Shown: in pieces, positions 1 to 13,730 of the stretch
How positions within the stretch are numbered: position 1 is the stretch's first letter
Layout of the letters: every line of letters starts with the position of its first letter
IMG/VR virus record: IMGVR_UViG_3300045125_000073
Coordinates: 1 to 24,257 of that record
Reading direction: 5' to 3' (one strand)
Length of the DNA: 24,257 nucleotides
DNA from: a virus
Position numbers and translations under genes: made by a program
The notes under the pieces: model-generated
The model's input: only the letters and a program-made list of their open reading frames with translations
What the model was told of the DNA's origin: nothing
The model's database searches: none

Positions 1-140
1 CATGGAGTTACTTTGGTTAGCGACGGAGCAAATAGGGACGGAAGAAACTGGGTCTTCCGTGTGTGACGCTTTGCCGTCCTTGTAATAAATCTCGGCAATA
101 GTATCACCAAAACAGTGTACTGCAGTGTAAATTCAGCCAT
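1..140 (-). CDS. gp43: T4-like family B DNA polymerase (gp43), N-terminal fragment; runs off the left edge
   Basis: ATG at 140. With two indels corrected it reads MAEFYTAVHCFGDTIAEIYYKDGKRHTRKTQFLPSLFAPS, matching the M-x-FYT-x-V...G...F-x-P-[TS]-LF start of T4-like phage gp43. It overlaps the stop of the upstream gene. Not in the ORF track. Confidence 0.75.
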   Translation of the reverse strand, partial: MAEFTLQYTVLVILLPRFITRTAKRHTRKTQFLPSLFAPSLTKVTP

Positions 141-453
141 GCTTTTTGTCTTTTAGGTAGGAGTGCAGTAGTACCATGTAGTTGATTACATCTACTATTG
201 TATCCTCAAAAGACTCGTTGGCAACCTCAAGTTTGCCTGATTCCATAAACGAAGACAGACGGCTCATCTTGTCGGTTACACGAACCAGAAAGCCTACTTC
301 GGTTGGGCAAATACCTATGGCTTCCACACGTGTAAAATTAGCAAACGGTTCCACACCGTTCTTGCCTGCATAGTCTGCGTTCTTCTTTTTCATTAGTTCA
401 CGGGCCATGTTGCATAACATCTCGTGGTTACGAATTAGGTCATCTCGTGTCAT
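133..453 (-). CDS. Nucleotide-modification-associated domain 1 (Nmad1/DUF1599) protein, all-alpha NTP pyrophosphatase-like
   Basis: Intact 106 aa ORF with KKKNADYAG, PFANF, GFLVRVTDKMSRL and ESFEDTIVDVINY motifs. Its ATG overlaps the dUTPase stop (ATGA) and has an upstream AGGAG. Confidence 0.8.
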   Translation of the reverse strand: MTRDDLIRNHEMLCNMARELMKKKNADYAGKNGVEPFANFTRVEAIGICPTEVGFLVRVTDKMSRLSSFMESGKLEVANESFEDTIVDVINYMVLLHSYLKDKKHG

Positions 454-966
454 CCGCTTACTCCTGTTGATCCAAATCCACCGTTACGACTGGTCTTTTG
501 TTCGGGCTTAAGTTCGGTAGGCTCAATACTGTACTGAAGTACAGGAACCATTTCTCCTTGGGCGATACGCTCACCGTTGTGGATATACAAATTTTCACTG
601 GAAACGTTCAGCACCATGATATGAGTTTCTGCACGTAATCCCAATCGATAACGCCTTCGGCATTAGCCATTACCAATCCTTGCTTTAGGCAAGGCCCGAA
701 CGAGCGTGGACTCGTAGAGAATGGTCTTGGGGGATATCAAAAATCAATCCTGTGGGAATCAGCAATCGTTGACCAGATTCAATCCGAATGTACCGATCTT
801 CAGGAGTTTGATGAACGGCAACATTGCATTCACGGTTATTTTTACAGTAACCGCGTACCTGAAAAATACCAGTACCAAGATACGCTTTCAGATCAAAACA
901 TGCCGATCCTGGTGTTGCAAATACTGGTGATTGAGAATCTGGATGAACTTTATAGTACTTCAGCAT
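450..966 (-). CDS. dut: Trimeric dUTPase (split by indels near 685 and 633)
   Basis: All five motifs are present across the fragments: GSACFDL, RSGLA, EGVIDWDY (frame not in the track), RIAQ and RNGGFGSTG. Confidence 0.93.
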
Positions 967-973
967 TTTTCAT

Positions 974-1001
974 AATATACAACAAAAAAATCAAAAGTCA
1001 A
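974..1001 (-). promoter_or_regulatory. Sigma70-type early/middle promoter for dut-Nmad1-gp43
   Basis: Minus strand reads TTGACT (1001-996), a 16 nt spacer containing a T7 run, then TATATT (979-974). It fills the 36 nt intergenic gap and ends 7 nt before the ATG at 966. Confidence 0.6.
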
Positions 1002-1002
1002 A

Positions 1003-1332
1003 TTATAAACTGTAAGATTGAACTAAATCACACGCTTGTGATCTAGTTTGTTCATTTCCATCCCAAACCACAGCTTGAATTGCAATTTCTAAATTATTAG
1101 AAATTGTTCTAATTTCTTGAATTTTTTGTTTTATTTCGTTTGTTTCTTGTTCTGACAGCAATCCTAGAGCAGCATTCCTTTGTTTATATTCTGGTGCTGT
1201 CTGCAGTATTAATTCTTTGGCACGTTCTCGTACATGATTTAATTGAAAAGTTACACATTCAGAAAACACACGAGTGTCTACAACAGTAGTAGAACCGTCA
1301 GGGTGGTGAAGATACTGTTTACTAATGTTCAT
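1003..1332 (-). CDS. Small phage protein, probable tail-fibre assembly/chaperone-like
   Basis: Intact 109 aa helical ORF with APEYKQRNAALG, coupled by ATGA to the end of the tail fibre gene. The function is inferred from position. Confidence 0.5.
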   Translation of the reverse strand: MNISKQYLHHPDGSTTVVDTRVFSECVTFQLNHVRERAKELILQTAPEYKQRNAALGLLSEQETNEIKQKIQEIRTISNNLEIAIQAVVWDGNEQTRSQACDLVQSYSL

Positions 1333-3979
1333 ATAAACTCTCCGTTATAAAAAATACAAGGATTAGCTGGTCCTTCAACGTTAGCAAAAGTGGTTCCCTG
1401 TGTTGCTGCTAGAGTAAAACCACCTTGTGGGCGTCGCAATCCGTCAACTGAAGCCTGACCTATGGGAGAACCGCTTGTGGGGGTCATCCACTTCATTCTA
1501 ACCCCTAAACGGCCTAGTAGCTGTTAAGCCTGCAGCACTAAATGTGATTGCTAACCAGTACTGACCGGGATTTACGGTAGTGTTTACTCCCTGTTACTCG
1601 TTGAGTGGTGAAAGATCCTGTGGATAATGTAGTTGCAGCACTTCCGTATAAACGATTTCTGGGATACCCGTAATCGTCAGAATCGTATAAACCTACCATG
1701 AACGATCCGGTATTTCCTCCACCACCACTGGCGTTTTGGTGTCCTATAGCTGTTATTCGTATTCTGTTTGCTATAAATATAGGAGCAAAATACGCATCAT
1801 TAGCTGTTGGAGACGTGCCTATTGGGGCGCTCATGTTTGCCCAACCTGTAGGAATTATATCGAATCCTGAAGTTAAACCACACCATTCTAGTCTGGTGTA
1901 GCCGCCTACAACTCCTTGAATAGCGTTTACTTTATTGGAAAAAGTAACACCACCGGACGCAGAAATACCAGCAGTTGCCCTCAATAGACTGGTGAATGTT
2001 GCTCCTGCTGCAGACACACCGGCACTAAAATTAGCCACAGAACTAAACGTGTTTACGCCTGTAAACGTTTGTGTGGTTGCTAGTCCTGCTAACGTTGTAT
2101 TGAATCCACCAGGTAATGTTACCGTTTGCGTTCCTGCAGCAGTTGATGGATATAAAAACGTTTCTGATCCGGATATATCGTCGTAAAAGTATATTTCATT
2201 TAAGCCATATGTGGTCAAATTCATTCCATTTGTAACAGTTTGGGATGATGTAAAATTGTTGTCCACATCAGTTCGAGCTATATTGGTGACGGCACCGGTG
2301 AAGCCGTTAACAGAAGACACTACATTCCCTGTAATATTTCCCAAAACAGAAAGAGTAGACCCTGCAGGAATTGTTGTGGTTCTTGACAGCGTGGCTCCTG
2401 CAGCACTAATGCCAGAATTAAAAGTTTGTACGGGGCCAAAAATATTTGCTACACTGGTAGTTACGCCAGTAACCGCTCCAGTTAGACCATTAAACGAAAG
2501 AACTCCGGTATTCACCAGAGTGATGCCCTTACCACCAGACAGGACACTCATACCTGTACCGCCGGATACAATCAGGACCCCGGTAAGACCGTTAACAGAA
2601 TTAACACCAGACACAGCACCGGTAGCTCCGTTAAACGAGTACACCAACGGTAAAGTGGAAACAGACTTGTTTTCCCATCCGGTAACTCCGTCCACGTAAG
2701 CTAGAACTTGAAAGTCTTGTGGTGATGTTATGATAACGTCTGTAAGATCGTCCAGTGTTAACGATACGGAACCACCACCACTGGTAGTGCTTCTAAAGCT
2801 GCCTGACTGTAAAATAAGGGCATCGCTTGAGTTAGACAGATTGGTTGTTCCTGCCCTTACAATCAGGTATCCTGCAAAGATTGCGTTTGTACGTGTGTTT
2901 TCAATTTCTGTAAACTGTTCCAGATTGATGTTGGCTGCAGCGTCCGCAAGGCTGTTGTACAATGCTCTACCGTAATACACTCCTAACAGTGTGGGAGTGT
3001 TGGGGTAGTAAAACAACCGTTGAATACTGTACTTTCCACCCGGAGCAGTTTGTAGTGTACCAGAACCGTTGTCGTAGTTTCCAGGATCTATAACGGTCTG
3101 ATTGGGAACTGTTATGAACGTGCCTGCAGTAGCTCCTCTGTAGTATCGATAAAAAATACAGTCTGTTTGTGCAGGGTCGGACACAACACTAGGATTGTCT
3201 GTGTCGTTAATCCAGTTTCTTCCCAGACTAAACGCTTTTCCTGAAGACCTGTTTAGTTTTAAGTTTGCTCCGTTAGGAATAATGGTGTGACCTGAAACTT
3301 TTATGGGGCCGAATGCACGTATAAACTGTTCGTACTGTTTGTCTGTGGCGTACGCAACGTTAGGATTGGTTCTGGCAAGATTGATGTACGCTCTGGACGG
3401 GTGGAGCAACTGACCGATAATTATGTTTTCTTCCAGTTGCTCGTCTGTGTAATACTCGGTTCTTTGGTGGAGTACTCCTGTCTCGTCAATGTAGATCCAT
3501 GTGGTATCGTGAGTTGCAAGATACGTTAAAGTTATACCTGTTTGACCAGGCCAAGTAACGTAATTAAACAGTGGAAACGGTCCTGATGTGAAACCTGAAC
3601 CTGAAGCGTGTATCTGTCCTTTTCCTCCAGTGATATCAAACTGTGCGGTATTACCTGCGTTTATAGACAGTATACCGCCGTACAGTAAACCTGTTGCCAG
3701 ATTTGACGCGTATATGTTTCCACTGATACCGTAAAGAGTGTCCGGAGAACTAATGGTAAAGGTACTACCTGTTAAGGTTATGTCTATAAGTTGTCCTGCA
3801 GATATACCAACAGAACCGGTTAATCCGTTAAATCTGGCAACACCTTCCACATTAGCGGTCAGGCCGTTAAACGTGAATACTTCGTATTTGTCCCATGCGG
3901 AACCGTTCCACCGCCAACGAATACTCTGGTACTCGTAGACCTGACCAATAGTTGGGCTGGACGGAAAGTTTATTGCCAT
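1329..3979 (-). CDS. Long tail fibre / virion fibre protein (~880 aa; indels near the 3' end)
   Basis: 813 aa ORF with the N-terminal MAINFPSSPTIGQVY...W-x-WNGSAW module, several (S)[12 protein letters not shown] repeats and an LDDLTDV-x-ITSP...VL-x-Y...W-x-N repeat. Past about 1590 the reading continues in shifted frames to ...ANPCIFYNGEFI-TGA at 1329. Confidence 0.75.
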
Positions 3980-3990
3980 GGTTCAGAGGC

Positions 3991-6887
3991 TCACCAGAAC
4001 TTCAAGGTTCTCCACATTTCTTGACCTGTATGACGCATGACGTACAGATACGTCAGGTCATCTGCAGTTTTAACAATCTCAAACTTGTTGCTTAAGGTTG
4101 CAGTGTTGTGAGCATACGGAATAGAACCCGCAATGTCTACCTTGAACTTGGCTAAGTCAAGCACATACATGCGGTTGGTGGCATCCTTTGTGAAATAATA
4201 CGAGTCTACTCCATCGTACACAAACATAGAACCAGTTGTAAGAGTTACAGAGATGGGTGTAATAAACGGAGAAATTTCCCATGTGGATGTGGGGATGTCA
4301 AATATATCAAACAGGTTGGAACCACCACCACGTGGAGAGATCATCCACCGCCCCTTCTTAGCGGTATCAGACAACCCAAACAACCACTTGATGTCGGTTC
4401 CCGTGCTTCTTGCAGGGGGTTCGTATATCGCAATAGTAAGTGGATGTATCGTTTGATGTAAGTGCAGGAATTGTTATTACGGTTGCTGTATTTGATGTTA
4501 TTGCTTGCTCTACTGTGGCTGTGCCAGCAGATGAAGATGCTGTTCCTGCAATATACCGTATTCTTTTTCCTGCCAAATAATTTACAGGAAAGTTCTTGTT
4601 GGCATCGGTAACGGTTGTCGTGCCTGCTCCGGTAGTCACTATTCCATACGAGTCCATGATTTCGTATTTGGAAGTAGCATCAGGTGTGGCAACACCCCAA
4701 GACGCAACAGTAAGCGTGGTGGCACTATTACCTGTAATCACCGCATCATTACCCTCGCCTGTTCCTGCAACAACACGAACACGGCAATTTAGGTATTGAT
4801 TGTTTCTCCAATTTTTCGTGCTGTCAACCAGAGTTGTTGCGGTTCCTGAAGTTGCCCATCCGTTAGGAGAACGCTCCGCAACTTTGTCTATACTCATAGC
4901 ACCAAACGGTCGTGCTTCTTGAATCACATAACGAGACTGCCCGTTTGTCATTGTTGAAATTGCCGATGCCAAAGTTAGAGTAGTTGCAGTATTTGCGGTA
5001 ATGCGTCTGCCACCCAAGGTTGTGGCTGATGTTCCTGCTGTCTGAACAAACACAATTCGTCCAACATGCTCGTTTGTATTCCAGTTTTGAGTGGCGTCTA
5101 CAATCAGGATGTGGTCAAAGAACTTGCAGCCGTGGGACTTTGTGTTGCAGCAGTATTTGCAGCAATACTAAAAGTGGTTTGCGATGCTATGCCTATGATT
5201 GGGAATATGGCATTGAATGTGGTTTCGGTTGCACACCCTGCAATAGTAACAGATTCTCCGTGTCGGAAATCGTGATTTACCGCAGTTACCACATTTCCCA
5301 CCTTTCCAACAGTTATGGTGATGGTAAGGCTTGTACCGCTACCACCTGTGGTGTTGGTTGAGCCTGCGGAATAACCGCTACCTGATGCCGCAAGTTGTAG
5401 ACCGGTTACAGCACCAGTAGAGCTAACAGATGTTACATACGCTTGACCGCCGGAACCTGTTGTGGAACAAGTTACTAGATCTCCAACAACATAATTGGAA
5501 CCACCAGCGTTTACTGCTACAGTCAAAATTCCGCTCGCAGAATATGTAATGCTTGTTACAGCGTATCCTTCGTGTGGTGGACCGTAAGATAATGTAACAC
5601 CAGAAGCAGGAGTGGCAGATATCTGTCGGGCAACACCAGAATCAACGATGGGTGCACTTGACCACAAATCCTTTTCCACAGAATATTGAAACAGGGCAGA
5701 AGAACCGTTGCCAGCCATCCATATCTTATCGGTATCGCCGTATATGGCATAACCTGATGTGCTGTCGGGGGTGATGTCCCACTTGTGGTCAACATAGAAA
5801 GTGTCCGCAGTATGAGCGGCAATTCGTCTGCGTTGACCTATTCCTTTGCCTGACACGATTCGTATCTGGTGGTTTGCGTAACGGTCGTACTCGTAGGTTG
5901 CTCCACTATGCACCAGTGTTTTTGCAGCAGCCGAAGACGCAGTAACACCACTAACAAATACGCCGCCCGCCTCACCTGTACGGTCAATAGCAAAATCGGT
6001 TCCAAGTGCAGCACCGATGTGCATTGGACCAATAGGAGTTTTGGTGAACCAACTGTCTAACAGAATATCGTAGAACTGCCAAGACGCAAACGGTGTTGTT
6101 GATGCTGCTGAAAGCAACCATATTCCGCCTGTCATAATTTGATAGACTGAACTTTCGTCTGGTGTAACCGTCCAAGACGAGTCTACAGTAAGTTGAGTAG
6201 ACTCTATCACAAAATGCGTCTGCGAACCAGCAGTCGTAGAAGGAACTGCAAACGGAGCCACCGCAGAAAATCCTGTGTTGTTGAACGAATCAACCGCTTG
6301 ATGGTTGTTGTCGGCAAAATACAATGTAGTAGTGTCATTGTATAGAATTCTGCGTATCTGTGACTGGACCATTGTTAAAGATAAGGCGAACATTGTATCC
6401 GTCCCATTGGTTTACTCGCCATTTTTTGGTGGAGTCACCAATACTTGTTGCACCTCCAGTGGTTGCCAAGCCGTTATCGTGAATGACACCATCAGAAACA
6501 CCCGTAATCGTTCGCTCTTGTCCTGCTCCTGTTCCTAAAATAATTCGGATTTTATTGCTTATACACACATTACCAAGCCTGCCAAGACCACCAACGGTGA
6601 TGGTGTCTGATGTTGCACTAATAGTGTGTCCTCTACTACCCGAGTATGCTGCGTATTTTGCTGCTACTAGAGTGACTGGAGCAATGTTGGGTGCGGCACA
6701 CTCTTGCCACGAATCGCTGTAGGTATCGTAACGCCACATGGCTTGACCCACAATGTAGTACATGTATCGTGCCTTCTCGTCTGAAGATACCATGCAGGCT
6801 GTGCTGCTTGTTGCTGTGGGTGCAGGACGAAGCCATTCAAATACGGGTTGATCTACTTGTTGTTTTAAAAGATTTGGTTACTGCCAT
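3991..6887 (-). CDS. Large virion structural protein with Kelch-like blades and 5-6 internal beta repeats (~960 aa, several indels)
   Basis: ATG at 6887 after AAGGA reads MAVTN..KQQVDQPVFEWLRPAP. It joins ORFs 6335-6793, 5104-6393, 4367-5053 and 3991-4383. Kelch-like YD-x4-W motifs alternate with DSTKNW-x-x-NQ...G-x-G...I-x-x-NTATTLT repeats. Confidence 0.7.
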
Positions 6888-6900
6888 TGTGTTTCCTTAA

Positions 6901-7540
6901 TTATGAAAATGTTAGTTTAGAGCGTATGGCGGAGGCGTAGCAGGCTTGAGCATCGTTTGCTATTCTCCAAAATTGATGCACTGGGCCTCTCCATTATTGA
7001 GGCTGTGCTTTGTGTTGCTAGTGGTGTATGGATTTGCTGAACTGTTTGACATGGTTTGAGTAGCAATACCATTGCTAACCGTATAAGTTCCTGATGCACT
7101 AGCCGTAACCGTTCCTGACACCGGCAAAAGTGCCTGCCAGATCGGTTGTTGCGATTGCACTGCTGACGAATAGCGTCTATGGTGATTCTTTGACGCTGGT
7201 TTAAGTCTACAACGCTGTTAGACTCTAAAATCTTGTTCATACGACGGAGCAGGTCGTGTAAAGACTCGTCTTTAGATTCCACATCCAAGAATATTTGGAG
7301 CACATCGCTGGCACTATGAGAAGTGGTGTCGTATGTTAGAGTTAGTGTGTTATTGTTAAAATTGGTAGCACCTGTTGCGGTATCAGCAAAATTGTAGATA
7401 ATGGTGTTTCTGGTTACGTTGGTGATCAGCAGAATATTAGAAAGAGTTATAGCTCTAGCCAAACCTGAAAAGGTTACGGTTTTGGCACCAGGATTAAAGG
7501 TGTAACTGCCTGCTGTATCTGTTCCTAATAGTTGTTTCAT
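6901..7540 (-). CDS. Conserved T4-like phage virion structural protein
   Basis: N-terminus has YTFNP...ILLITNVTRNTIIYNFAD...YDTTSHSASDVLQIFLD, a pattern seen in aquatic T4-like phage structural proteins. The corrected C-terminus is GPVHQFWRIANDAQACYASAIRSKLTFS-TAA. It has an SD (CAGGAG) and a late promoter upstream. Confidence 0.7.
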
Positions 7541-7565
7541 CTAAAAAATACTCCTGTAGTACTAT

Positions 7566-9558
<1,993 letters not shown>

Positions 9559-9562
<4 letters not shown>

Positions 9563-11717
9563 GGATTAGCCAAAGTATGTAGACTAATATTTCGTGTGGA
9601 TCCTAAACGATTCATTACAGAAACATTACCACTACCTAATACCACATTTAATTTTCCGTCTGTTGATGATGCTGTGCTAGGATGTACTACAATATCGGCT
9701 CCTGTAAATCCTGCAGGAATATATGTGTTGCTAACACCATTTTGCGCAAAAATAAATGTTGCAGGATGACCCCAATTAGAAGTGATCATACGAATTTTTC
9801 CTGCACCGGGTTGCCCGCACGAATTAAATGTGTGGTATGGTGCATTGTTTTGTAATTCCACAGTTTGAGAACATGTGCGTTTCCTAGTTCAGAGTCGTCT
9901 GTTAGTTTTCCTATTCGTGGAATAAAAGATTTTTGTGTGTTGTGGCTAGCAACAGCATCTCCTAAAGGAGAAGACAATGAAATTCCTATATTAACATTAT
10001 TGTATGCCGAAACATTTCCCTCGTAAGTTACTAAACTATCAGGACTTATTAGGTGTTTAACGGTTTTAGATGTTGCGTGAATATTGTTTGTTATATTAAA
10101 AATATTTTTATAAAAACCTAAAATACCGTCACCACCTTGACCAGATAAAACGCAAAAGTTTTACCTGCAAAATCTCCTATTTCAGTAATCATGTTATCGT
10201 GTATATTATAAAATACTTTATTATTATCAGACGGGGTGAGTGTATTAACTTGACCAAAGAATTGAACCGTTCCTCCTATAATTTTATTTCCGGTAACAGT
10301 AACCAGAGAATTAAAAGGATCTACAATTTTTGGAGAAAAACGAGCAGCAAAAAAGCTAGTAAGAACTCCAATATTTTTGGGAACATTGTTCAAAACAACA
10401 TTGTCTGCAATAGTAACAGTTTTAGTGTTTCCCGCTTCACCTGTGGAACAGTCTATAACAGTAGATAAAGAATTAATAGAACCATCATTACTAAATGGAC
10501 TACCTCCTCCCGCTATTTGATCGTATATGAATATATTATTGCTCAAATTCACTGCAGTTAGCGCTTGAGCATTAACTTCCGCAAATCCTGTTTGTAGTGC
10601 TGGAATATTTCTGTAAACAACGTTATTCATAAAAGAAATCATGTTTGATTGAATTTTTAATGATCTTCCTTTACAATTTCTAAAATGATTATTTGATATT
10701 GTTGCAGAATATAACGAATACTTACTGGGATCCTCATCCAACCCACCTTATGAGAGTTATAGCATCACAATCAGTATTTTTAGGATCATCTCCAAACTCA
10801 TTGTTTGTTATATTTTCAAAATAGCAACCGGTAATATTTACGTGTCTGTTTACTTTTGCGTTGGGTGGAGTTCCTATACTCGTAAATAAAACTCCTGCAG
10901 TTGTTCTGTTTCTGGGTGCTCCACTACCCTGATATCTTGTGTGATTAATAAATTTACAGTTATGAATATTTGTAAACAAACTGCCACCGGTGATTATTAG
11001 TCCTGCATTAGTATCAGAAGATGTGCCGTTCGATGTTCCGGATTTGGTGTTTTTAAAAGTGCAATCAGATATTGATATTAGTGACCTTTCTCCTCCTCCC
11101 TGATCTACGATTTCTAAAGGACATTTTGCTTTATTGTTACAATCAAATTCCAGACCATGTATGGTTATATTTTTTGCAGTGTGGGAAAAAGTAAATAAAG
11201 ATTTTCTAAGACCCCAATTAAATCTTGAATATTCATGAATATTTATTTTATTAACATCACAAGAAGCTTTAGGGTCGGAGCAAGGAAGGGGTTCGTATAA
11301 AATTTTAGCTTTATCACCAAACATAAAAACTTGAGCATTAGGACCATTTCCTGCATTTGTTATAATGGCTGTGAATTGGGATGATTCGTTATGCGCAGCC
11401 TCAGTCATTCTGTAAACACCGGGAGGAAAGTATAAAGCATAACCTTCGTTTATAATATTTGCCGTTATTCCTTTGCTGCTGATTCTAACCGATGAAGTCG
11501 GTTTAGCATCTAAAGCCGCTTTTATAACGGCAGTATCGTCTGTTACACCATCACCTGCTGCAGACAATCCATTAAATACACATCTTTAATGGATATAATA
11601 TCTCTTACCGGAGGTCTACAACCGTTGTTTATATAATTTAAAAGTAATTCCCTGATTAGTTCTAGTAAACCAAGTTTCTATAGTATCTGAAGAATTTAGT
11701 GGATTCAATATAGACAT
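9559..11717 (-). CDS. Tailspike 2: pectin-lyase-like right-handed beta-helix depolymerase/receptor-binding protein (~720 aa, indels)
   Basis: ATG at 11717 reads [22 protein letters not shown]. It has the Pectate_lyase_3-type [17 protein letters not shown]...LYFPPGVY motif and Asn-ladder coils ([27 protein letters not shown]). It ends [22 protein letters not shown]...LANP-TGA. Confidence 0.8.
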
Positions 11718-11723
11718 TAAAAT

Positions 11724-13709
11724 TTATCCCATAGTGCTTAATGAAAATGTAAACGGACCACCTGCAAGTCGGTTTCGTATAAACACATCACCACCGTTCA
11801 ACACAATATTTAATTTTCCATCTGTGCTGGTAGCCAGTGTTGTATCTGTTTGAAACACAATATCAGAACCCTCAAATACTTTTTGATGAGAACCGGGGCC
11901 ACTTGTTCTATTTTGAACGTACATCATAGAAGCGTTATTTCCAGAAGTAGATGTGAGTAATCTGAATTTACTTCCGTTAGAGTCCCCTCTTCTGGAAACT
12001 TGTACCAAGGATCATCTTTACTTAGGGTAACACTTTGTGTTGCGATTACTCCACCAGCACCGGTGCTATCCGAATCAGCAATCATGCCTATTCGGGGTAT
12101 CAAAGAGGTGGTTGTATTTCTAAAAGTTTCTGCAGTTATACCTATATTTACATTGTTCATACCAGAAACTTTAGCAGGATATGTGTCCATTCCATTATCT
12201 GTAAATGAACTTATAAAGATGTTGTACCTTTTACCTTTTGCATTTATATTGTTGTTTATTATAAAATTATTTTGCGAAAATGTAGATCCATCGGCGCTAT
12301 ACAAGAACGCACACGTTAAACCGTTTATATCGGATATCTCTTCAATCATATTATCTGTGATTGAATAGTATGTATTACTATCGTCTCCGGCTTCTTTTCT
12401 GTAAGTAGAGGCCGAACCAAAAACCTTAACAGGGCCTCCAATTATTTTGTTTCCTTTTACGGTAACAAATAGTGGATTGGTTCCTACTGCAGAAAAACTT
12501 CTACCCATTTGAAAAAATGTGTTTAAAACTGCTCCAGCAGTTTTGGGAACTGTTAATAAAAAAACTGAATTATCTGTGACTGTAGCGTATCTTGATTCGT
12601 GTTTTTTATTGTAGAATAAGGACTTATGCAAGACGAACCTCCGGTTATAGAAGATCCTCCTTCATGGGTAAAAGGACTGGCACCGCTAGTGGTTGGATCG
12701 TAGACGAAAACGTTGTTAGATACTATTCCACCAGAAATCTGACAGTTTATATCACTAAATCCTCCCCAGATTGATGGTATATTTCTATAACACACATTAT
12801 TAGTAATAACTGCTGAATCCATCTGTATTTTAATGCTTCTTCCTTTACAATTTCTGAAATGATTATTGGTTACTGTGGCTGAGGACTCTCCATATGTGAC
12901 TCCTTCTCTTGTCCATACACCAAACACAGCAAGACCGTCTGCATCCACATCTTTTCTGAAGCCCCCGAGTCTTCTGATGTGATTGTGTCGAAATAACATC
13001 CAGAAACATTTACGTGTTTGTGCCATGTTGGAGCTTGTTTTTGTTCCGGATCTAATAATAGCCAATCCATTAGATCCTGCTACAGTCGGTACTGCTACAC
13101 CAGCTTTTCTGCTAATATTCTTAAAAACAGAATTAGTTACGTTTGTGAATTTTGTGCCACCACTGATCATTAATCCCCGACTTCCAGTAACTCCAGGAAT
13201 TTGGCCTGCATCACATGTGTTAAAGAGCCACACCTGTCCACTTCTACTGTGGAAGTAAAAAAGAAGTAGCTTCTTCTAAACGAACGCAAGAATTTGCTTT
13301 ATTGTCTCCGTTAAATTGCAGTCCTTCCATTTTTATATCTTTTACCGTCAAGCACAATATGGAACATTTGCGCACAGGTTCTACCTGATATTATTGTAGC
13401 ATTATCTCCTTTAATGTTTGTGGAAGCTGTAAGTATTTTTACTATCTGCCTTCCAAGATTATCGATGGGAGATCCTGTTACTCCTAATCTGTATATTCCG
13501 TTTGGAAAATATAATACTTTGCCCATTGCGGCCGTAAATGCGGCACTTATTCCTGTAGTATCGTCTGCTATACCATCTCCTTTGGCACCGTAATCTTTAA
13601 CAGAGATTAAATCTCCATTAATATTATTGATTCTGCCAACTATTTCGTTGGTTTTATTATACCAATCTTGAAATGTATTTGTTCCGGTTAATAATTTAAT
13701 ATTGTCCAT
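11724..13709 (-). CDS. Tailspike 1: pectin-lyase-like right-handed beta-helix depolymerase/receptor-binding protein (~660 aa, indels)
   Basis: Starts MDNIKLLTGTNTFQDWYNKTNEI, then ISVKDYGAKGDGIADDT...LYFPNGIY and beta-helix coils. It joins ORFs 13311-13709, 12553-13233, 11924-12631 and 11724-12008. Confidence 0.82.
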
Positions 13710-13714
13710 ATAAG

Positions 13715-13722
13715 TATTTATC
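13715..13722 (-). promoter_or_regulatory. Late promoter-like GATAAATA
   Basis: 7/8 match to TATAAATA in the 21 nt intergenic gap, 5 nt before the tailspike 1 ATG. Confidence 0.55.
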
Positions 13723-13730
13723 TGTTAAAT

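Noticed and set aside
1772-1779. Plus-strand TATAAATA (also at 19449-19456)
   Set aside because: Both are antisense and inside coding regions with no downstream plus-strand gene. They are expected by chance in AT-rich DNA.
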